Assembly: GCA_024409235.1 (NCBI GenBank)
Contig: JAKSUA010000002.1
Location: 2,385-66,384 of the forward strand
DNA length: 64,000 bases
Source: Bacteroidales bacterium
GTDB lineage: Bacteria > Bacteroidota > Bacteroidia > Bacteroidales > UBA1715
Direction of reading: 5' to 3'
Position numbers and translations under genes: made by a program. The stretch's first letter is position 1. Each line of letters opens with the position of its first letter. The notes under the pieces were generated by a model. It worked only from the letters and a program-made list of their open reading frames with translations, did no database searches and was not told the origin of the DNA. Shown here one piece after another: positions 58,428 to 64,000 of the stretch.

Positions 58428-59753
58428 TTATTCTTTTACAATCTCACCTTTTAACGTTGCAGAACTAGAACTTAAAACTCTAACTTTCACAAAATCACCT
58501 GGTTTTACATCTTTAGCAGGAAATACGACGGTCTTATTTTGAGAAGAGCGACCCTTCCATTCGCACTCATCTTTTTTGGAAGTTCCTTCCACTAAGACCT
58601 CGAAAATCTTACCTTCGTCTTCGGCATTTTTCTTGCGCGACAATTCATTTTGAACAGCAATAATGTCGTTCAAACGCTTTGTTTTCACATCATCTGGAAC
58701 ATTGTCAGGCATACGCTTTGACGCAACAGTTCCTTCGCGTTCCGAATATTTGAACATAAATGCGGCGTCATAGCCTACTTCTTTCATCAACGAAAGTGTT
58801 TCTTCTTGTTCTGCCTCTGTCTCGTCGGAGAAACCGCACATAATATCGGTAGTGATAGCTGCTTCCGGCAAAATTCTACGAATTGCCGCAACTCTATCAA
58901 GATACCATTCACGGGTATAACGACGATTCATTCTTTGAAGAACTGTCGTGCTACCGCTCTGTACAGGCAAATGTATCCATTTTGCCAAGTTGTCGTATTT
59001 GGCCATCACATACAACACATCATCCGACAAATCCTTCGGATGCGACGTTGTGAATCGGATACGCATATTTGGAACAGCCAATGCAACTTGTTCAAGCAAT
59101 TGTGGGAAAGAAACCTTCTCTCCGTCCTGTTCAAATGCGTATGAATTTACATTTTGACCTAACAAAGTAACTTCCTTATACCCTTTTGCCGCCAATTGCT
59201 TTACTTCATCTAGAATCGATTGCGCATCGCGGCTCCGTTCACGACCACGAGTATATGGCACGATACAATATGAGCAGAAATTATTACAACCACGCATAAT
59301 TGAAACAAATGCCGAAATACCATTGTCATCGTAACGATATGGGAAGATTTCCGCATAGGTTTCCGTCAACGACAATTCCACATCCAACGCGTTTTTCTTT
59401 TCGTATGCCTGTTCCAATAACGATGGCAACGAACGATACGAATCTGGACCTGCGGCAATATCAACAAGCCCTTTCTTTTCGAATAGTTTATCTTTCAAAC
59501 GCTCCGCCATACAGCCAATAAGACCTACTATCAAGTCTTCCTTGCCCGCACGAAGTTTTTTCAATTCGCTCAAGCGCTGAAATATCTTATTTTCGGCATG
59601 TTCACGAATAGAACAAGTGTTCAATAAAATAACATCAGCCTCATTTATATCTTTGGTATATTCAAGACCTTCTTTCTTCAAAATAGACGCAACAACCTCG
59701 CTATCAGCAACATTCATTTGGCAGCCATAGGTTTCAATATGTAATTTCTTCAT
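58428..59753 (-). CDS. miaB: tRNA i6A37 methylthiotransferase MiaB (radical SAM)
   Basis: 441 aa with IETYGCQMNVADSE, the CNNFCSYCIVP cluster and a TRAM C-terminus. Confidence 0.95.
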   Translation of the reverse strand: MKKLHIETYGCQMNVADSEVVASILKKEGLEYTKDINEADVILLNTCSIREHAENKIFQRLSELKKLRAGKEDLIVGLIGCMAERLKDKLFEKKGLVDIAAGPDSYRSLPSLLEQAYEKKNALDVELSLTETYAEIFPYRYDDNGISAFVSIMRGCNNFCSYCIVPYTRGRERSRDAQSILDEVKQLAAKGYKEVTLLGQNVNSYAFEQDGEKVSFPQLLEQVALAVPNMRIRFTTSHPKDLSDDVLYVMAKYDNLAKWIHLPVQSGSTTVLQRMNRRYTREWYLDRVAAIRRILPEAAITTDIMCGFSDETEAEQEETLSLMKEVGYDAAFMFKYSEREGTVASKRMPDNVPDDVKTKRLNDIIAVQNELSRKKNAEDEGKIFEVLVEGTSKKDECEWKGRSSQNKTVVFPAKDVKPGDFVKVRVLSSSSATLKGEIVKE

Positions 59754-59830
59754 ATCCTTATTTCCAAAAACAATGTTGTAAAGATATAGATTTTATTACA
59801 CAAATCAATGATAACAGAACACAAGTTACA

Positions 59831-60724
59831 CTACCTCCTATTGCACAAATACACGCCCAAAATTGTAAGTAAACAACCTGCGACAGCTAATAAAGTAATA
59901 TGCTCATCCAGTACAATATATGCAACAATTAAGGATGTAACTGGATTAAAATACAGATAATTATTTGCAGCAACAATGCCAATATGTTTAAAAACATCAT
60001 TCCAAACATAAAAACAAGCTAGCGATGCAATTAAAGACAGAAAAAGTAAAGTTCCCCAAACATTTGCATGAGAAAACATCAGAAAATTAAAAGCACCATG
60101 TTGCAAAAACAAATTTGATTCACCGGAAACAAGTTCATACACATTTGCAGGCAACATAGTTACGACACCCCAGAAGAAAACCTTCCGAGTTATTACATCC
60201 GAAGCATACCTGCCCTCTACCGCTGGAATTATCACACTATAAAGCGACCACGCCAACGCTGCCAATAGCGAAAGAATTATTACCAACGGATTATCATCAA
60301 GAACAAACACACCATTAAATACGACAAAACACACACCAGCAAGAGCGACAAGCGAACCCAAACAAAATCGAACGCCCAAATCACCCGTTTTATATATCAA
60401 ACGATTTATTACTGCTGTAATTATCGGTGTTGTACAAACAAGCAATGCGACAGTGCTTGTAGCTGACGTTAATTTAACAGCAGTATTTTCCGCAAGAAAA
60501 TACAATGATCCACCAGAGAGACCCAACAAAGCACAGAAAAGCTCATCTTTAACAGGAATAACTATCTGTTTATGTGAAAAAAGCAGCAATATCAGCCATG
60601 CCCCCAAAAAGCGAAACGTCATTATTTCAGCAGGAGTCAAGCCTGCAAGAATAAGAACTTTACTTGCGACAAACGTCGATCCCCAAACACAAGCAACACA
60701 AAGAGCTAACAAATGCCATTTCAT
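59831..60724 (-). CDS. DMT superfamily (EamA-like) transporter
   Basis: 297 aa with ten hydrophobic spans arranged as two EamA-like halves. Confidence 0.8.
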   Translation of the reverse strand: MKWHLLALCVACVWGSTFVASKVLILAGLTPAEIMTFRFLGAWLILLLFSHKQIVIPVKDELFCALLGLSGGSLYFLAENTAVKLTSATSTVALLVCTTPIITAVINRLIYKTGDLGVRFCLGSLVALAGVCFVVFNGVFVLDDNPLVIILSLLAALAWSLYSVIIPAVEGRYASDVITRKVFFWGVVTMLPANVYELVSGESNLFLQHGAFNFLMFSHANVWGTLLFLSLIASLACFYVWNDVFKHIGIVAANNYLYFNPVTSLIVAYIVLDEHITLLAVAGCLLTILGVYLCNRR

Positions 60725-60763
60725 ACAACAATCATTCTAAAAAGAAAAACCTTATGCTTGGAC

Positions 60764-60793
60764 ATAAAAAAAGGACTTCTTAAAAAGTCCTTT
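60764..60793 (-). terminator. intrinsic terminator after the tRNA pair
   Basis: AAAGGACT (60770-60777) pairs with AGTCCTTT (60786-60793) around an 8-nt loop. A T-run follows on the minus strand (the + strand A-run at 60764-60770). It begins 11 nt after the tRNA-Leu 3' end. Confidence 0.7.
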
Positions 60794-60803
60794 AAATTTT
60801 TAG

Positions 60804-60888
60804 TACCTAGAGCGGGAATTGAACCCGCACGGACGCAATGTCCACAGGATTTTAAGTCCTGCGTGTCTACCAATTCCACCATCCAGGC
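60804..60888 (-). tRNA. tRNA-Leu (anticodon UAA), type II with long variable arm
   Basis: Reverse complement: GCCTGGA-TG-GTGGAATTGGTAGACAC-G-CAGGA-CTTAAAA-TCCTG-TGGACATTGCGTCCGT-GCGGG-TTCAATT-CCCGC-TCTAGGT-A. The cloverleaf folds by hand with two G-U pairs in the acceptor stem. It is 85 nt and CCA is not encoded. Confidence 0.9.
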
Positions 60889-60899
60889 GAATTCATTTG

Positions 60900-60972
<73 letters not shown>

Positions 60973-60982
60973 GATTGCGTTG

Positions 60983-60990
60983 CAAATGTA
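60983..60990 (-). promoter_or_regulatory. candidate -7 box for the tRNA-Gly/tRNA-Leu unit
   Basis: The + strand CAAATGTA is the reverse complement of TACATTTG. It lies 10 nt upstream of the tRNA-Gly 5' end. Confidence 0.4.
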
Positions 60991-61086
60991 CCATTTTTTT
61001 TTTACTTACATAATCTTGGAGCGTTTTTTTTTGCAAAAAATTACATTTTTATTATAACACGCTCATTATCAGCAAAATAATTTTCA

Positions 61087-62136
61087 TTATTTTTCACTCT
61101 TTGCAACTATATGACTGCATATTTTCTTAATAATACGAGGTCCTTCATAAATAAAACCGGAATATACCTGTATTAAACTTGCTCCAGCCTGTATTTTTTC
61201 ATACGCATCCTCCGGAGTCATAACACCTCCTACTCCAATTATAGGGAAAGCACCTTGAGATTTTTCATGAAGATATCTGATAACTTCAGTAGAACGTTTT
61301 GTTTCGGGAGCGCCGCTTAACCCGCCATTTCCTATTGAATCTATAAATTCTTTAGAATACGACAAATTCTCTCTAGAAGTAGTCGTATTCGTTGCAACAA
61401 CGCCTGCTATATCAGTATTCTCAACTATTGCTATGATGTCATCAAGTTGTTCATTAGTCAAATCTGGTGATATTTTTAAAAGAACAGGTTTCTTTACCGG
61501 TTTTGACGCATTTGCATCACATAATGTCTGTAATAAATTAGTCAAAGGTTCTTTTTGCTGTAATTCTCGTAAATTTTGCTGATTTGGACAGCTTACATTA
61601 ACAACAAAATAATCAACATAGTCATACAAAGCATTGAATCCAGCCAAATAATCATCTACAGCATTCTCATTCGGAGTAACTTCATTTTTTCCAATATTTC
61701 CGCCGACAATCAAATTAGACTTACGTTTTTTTAGATTTTTAACCATGGCTTCAACCCCATTGTTATTGAATCCCATTCGGTTAATAATACCTTTATCATT
61801 CGGAAGACGGAACAATCTTGGTTTTGGATTACCAGGTTGAGGACGAGGTGTTACCGTACCAACCTCTACAAATGCAAATCCCATGGCACCTAACGCTTCA
61901 TAAGCCTTTGCATTCTTATCCAAACCCGCTGCCAAACCAACAGGATGAGGAAATTTCAGTCCAAAAACTTCTCTTTCCAATGAAGAATCAGGTTTCACTC
62001 CAAAATTCCATTTCAAATACGATTTTACCCCAGGAACTTTTCCCAAAAAAGAAAGCCAATTAATAGTAAAAGTATGTATTACTTCAGGATCGAACTTAAA
62101 TAAGACCGGACGAACTATAGTTGTATAAAAAGACAT
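61087..62136 (-). CDS. pyrD: quinone-dependent dihydroorotate dehydrogenase (class 2)
   Basis: 349 aa with an N-terminal membrane-association helix, [24 protein letters not shown], and GGLSG/IIGVGG motifs. Confidence 0.95.
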   Translation of the reverse strand: MSFYTTIVRPVLFKFDPEVIHTFTINWLSFLGKVPGVKSYLKWNFGVKPDSSLEREVFGLKFPHPVGLAAGLDKNAKAYEALGAMGFAFVEVGTVTPRPQPGNPKPRLFRLPNDKGIINRMGFNNNGVEAMVKNLKKRKSNLIVGGNIGKNEVTPNENAVDDYLAGFNALYDYVDYFVVNVSCPNQQNLRELQQKEPLTNLLQTLCDANASKPVKKPVLLKISPDLTNEQLDDIIAIVENTDIAGVVATNTTTSRENLSYSKEFIDSIGNGGLSGAPETKRSTEVIRYLHEKSQGAFPIIGVGGVMTPEDAYEKIQAGASLIQVYSGFIYEGPRIIKKICSHIVAKSEK

Positions 62137-62150
62137 GATTTTTTATTTTA

Positions 62151-63179
62151 TTATTCTTCGAAAAACAATTTAACTTGAAATAAACGAGGCCACAATTTAC
62201 CCGTTATATAAAAATGTTCATTTTTTGGATTCCAGGCAATCCCATTCAACACATCAACTTCATCAGAATATTGGAGAGGAAGCAAATTAGAAAAATCAAC
62301 ATCTGCTGCAACCTTTCCGTTTGTTGGATTAATTTTTACTACCCTATACGAAGTATAAATGTTTGCATAGACAAATCCTTGAACAAATTCTAACTCATTT
62401 ATATTGGTAACTGCTCCAAGATTATCAAACACAGCAATTTTGTGATGTAAATTCATCGTATGTGGTTCATAAAAATACAGATATTCCGAACCATCACTAA
62501 CAATCAAATATGTACCGTCATAGCAAATACCCCATCCTTCAGTTTCATACGTAAATGTACCTATTTCTTCAAATGTATTTTTATTATACATAAAACCAGT
62601 CCGTTCACGCCATGTTAACTGAAACAATGTGTCACCAACAATAGTCAAGCCTTCAGCAAAATAATTCGAGTCAACTATATGCTTTCGAAGAACTTTTCCT
62701 GTTTCCACTTCAACCAAACGCAATGATGATTCATTATACAAACCGGCGCTCTCATAAAACTTACCGCCATCTTCATACTGAAGTCCTTGAGTATAAGAGT
62801 TTTTATCATGGTTATATGCTGCCACCACCTCATATTTTAAATGTGCAGGAACTATATCTGATAAAATTCTTAAGGAACGCAAACTAGTTTCTTTTTTTCC
62901 TTTATAAAATGTATGAAAAGTCACCGTTTTATCACCCATTGAAATATTTTCTGTAGATAAAGTACAGTGATTTTTCTTATAAAATGGGAACATCTTTCCA
63001 TCTACAGTTATCACAACAGAATCCGGAACAAGTTTCTTTTTTGACACTAAATCAAACGAAACCGAATCACCACTATACAAAAGCTTCTTTTGTGGCGAAG
63101 TTACCGAAAACATTTTTCCTTTTTCTGTACAAGCTATAAAAGGAAATATTAAAAGGAAAAACAGTAAATACTTCTTCAT
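62151..63179 (-). CDS. glutaminyl-peptide cyclotransferase (beta-propeller type) with N-terminal Ig-like domain, lipoprotein
   Basis: The ATG at 63179 gives MKKYLLFFLLIFPFIAC (lipobox). The propeller part reads YNHDKNSYTQGLQYEDGGKFYESAGLYNESSLRLVEVETGKVL...LNGIAWNP. The ORF-track start at 63197 is TTG and overlaps a GC-rich hairpin. Confidence 0.85.
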   Translation of the reverse strand: MKKYLLFFLLIFPFIACTEKGKMFSVTSPQKKLLYSGDSVSFDLVSKKKLVPDSVVITVDGKMFPFYKKNHCTLSTENISMGDKTVTFHTFYKGKKETSLRSLRILSDIVPAHLKYEVVAAYNHDKNSYTQGLQYEDGGKFYESAGLYNESSLRLVEVETGKVLRKHIVDSNYFAEGLTIVGDTLFQLTWRERTGFMYNKNTFEEIGTFTYETEGWGICYDGTYLIVSDGSEYLYFYEPHTMNLHHKIAVFDNLGAVTNINELEFVQGFVYANIYTSYRVVKINPTNGKVAADVDFSNLLPLQYSDEVDVLNGIAWNPKNEHFYITGKLWPRLFQVKLFFEE

Positions 63180-63195
63180 ATATTCAGTATATAGC

Positions 63196-63222
63196 AAGGG
63201 CAGGATTTTAAAACCTGCCCTT
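63196..63222 (-). other. GC-rich hairpin between valS and the cyclotransferase gene (no T-run)
   Basis: AAGGGCAGG (63196-63204) pairs with CCTGCCCTT (63214-63222) around a 9-nt loop. It lies 11 nt after the valS stop. On the minus strand no U-tract follows, so it is not a canonical intrinsic terminator. Confidence 0.4.
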
Positions 63223-63232
63223 ACAATTCTTA

Positions 63233-64000
63233 TTATTTCTTTAAAGCAGCAATACTTTCTTGCAATGTTTTGATTTTGCTTTCTGCATCTGCTTTTTTCT
63301 TTCTTTCGTTTTCTACAACTTCTGGTTTTGCATTGGCAACAAACTTCTCATTACCAAGTTTTTTCATCACAGAATTTAAGAAACCTTCCAAATATTTGAT
63401 TTCTTCTTCCATTTTAGCAATTTCCTCTTCAGCATTTACCATACCGCCAAGTGGAATTGCATATTCTGTTGTTCCAACCATAAATGTTGCCGAAGTCGCA
63501 TCCTTCTCTCCTTTTGCTATTGAAGTCAAATTACAAATCTTAGCCAACACAGCATCGTATGCGTTGTTATGAGAACCATTTGCGATTACTAACTCCAATG
63601 TGTTTTTATTTGGAATATTTCTTTCCAAACGAATTGTACGCACATTAGAAACAAGATTTTTAACAGATTCAAAATCAGCAACCAAAGCTTCATTTTTAGA
63701 ATCTGCTTTTGGCATTTGAGAAACCATTACGCTCTCGCCTTCCTTGCGATCTTTTACAGCTTGCCAAACTTCTTCTGTAATGAATGGCATAAATGGATGT
63801 AACAATAATGTTAGCTTTTCAAAGAAATCCAATGTTTGATCCAATGTCTTTCTATCAATTGGTTGACCGTATGCTGGTTTAATCAATTCCAAATACCAAG
63901 CTGAGAATTCATCCCAGAATAGTTTATAAACAGTCATCAATGCTTCTGACAAACGATATTTTTCAAAATCATCGTTGATTTCTTCTATCGTAGCACTCAA
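63233..64000 (-). CDS. valS: valine--tRNA ligase, C-terminal part (gene continues beyond the right edge)
   Basis: It shows the anticodon-binding region and the characteristic ValRS C-terminal coiled coil (...EEIAKMEEEIKYLEGFLNSVMKKLGNEKFVANAKPEVVENERKKKADAESKI...). The apparent start at 64000 is an edge artefact (an in-frame TTG). Confidence 0.95.
   Translation of the reverse strand: MSATIEEINDDFEKYRLSEALMTVYKLFWDEFSAWYLELIKPAYGQPIDRKTLDQTLDFFEKLTLLLHPFMPFITEEVWQAVKDRKEGESVMVSQMPKADSKNEALVADFESVKNLVSNVRTIRLERNIPNKNTLELVIANGSHNNAYDAVLAKICNLTSIAKGEKDATSATFMVGTTEYAIPLGGMVNAEEEIAKMEEEIKYLEGFLNSVMKKLGNEKFVANAKPEVVENERKKKADAESKIKTLQESIAALKK

Overview
This is an AT-rich, tightly packed chromosomal segment; most intergenic gaps are under 150 nt. 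It reads as core genome of a Bacteroidota bacterium, probably an anaerobic Bacteroidales-like organism.

Evidence for that placement, all read by eye with no searches run:
- a 287-aa RpoD-type primary sigma factor
- recurrent TAnnTTTG -7 promoter boxes and no Shine-Dalgarno signals
- T9SS C-terminal sorting domains
- an S46 dipeptidyl-peptidase
- KorAB 2-oxoglutarate:ferredoxin oxidoreductase
- Gln at +1 of most predicted signal-peptidase-I sites, together with a glutaminyl cyclase gene

I call 48 protein-coding genes: 47 reasonable to solid, plus one speculative 41-codon ORF. One of them is a left-edge partial lipoprotein that the ORF track misses. I also call a tRNA-Gly(GCC)/tRNA-Leu(UAA) pair, about ten intrinsic terminators and a set of candidate -7 promoter boxes. 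Many ORF-track starts are TTG-initiated N-terminal extensions. I trimmed these to the first ATG where gene spacing, a promoter box or a terminator supports it.

Most content is housekeeping: hup, prs, korAB, mtaB, asnA, gpsA, lysS, miaA, smpB, rpsA, rpoD, rlmH, mutS, PBP1A, xseB, miaB, pyrD and valS. I see no rRNA, CRISPR array, transposase or integrase, prophage, toxin-antitoxin pair or recognisable defence system. I cannot point to a clear-cut new system.

The candidates for unexplored biology, in my order of interest:
1. A four-gene ECF sigma / FecR anti-sigma / 423-aa STN-domain beta-barrel / RCC1-propeller cassette (39662-45079). It has the logic of cell-surface signalling but no TonB-dependent transducer.
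2. A 742-aa orphan protein with a canonical EF-hand loop and a C-terminal membrane domain (54093-56321). It is translationally coupled to a di-haem cytochrome c peroxidase.
3. A YbiT-like ABC-F protein in which one composite ATP site looks coordinately degenerate (26311-27927).
4. An unlisted 41-codon ORF with its own strong terminator (6194-6361).

All family assignments come from motif recognition and memory. All coordinates of hairpins and motifs were counted by hand.
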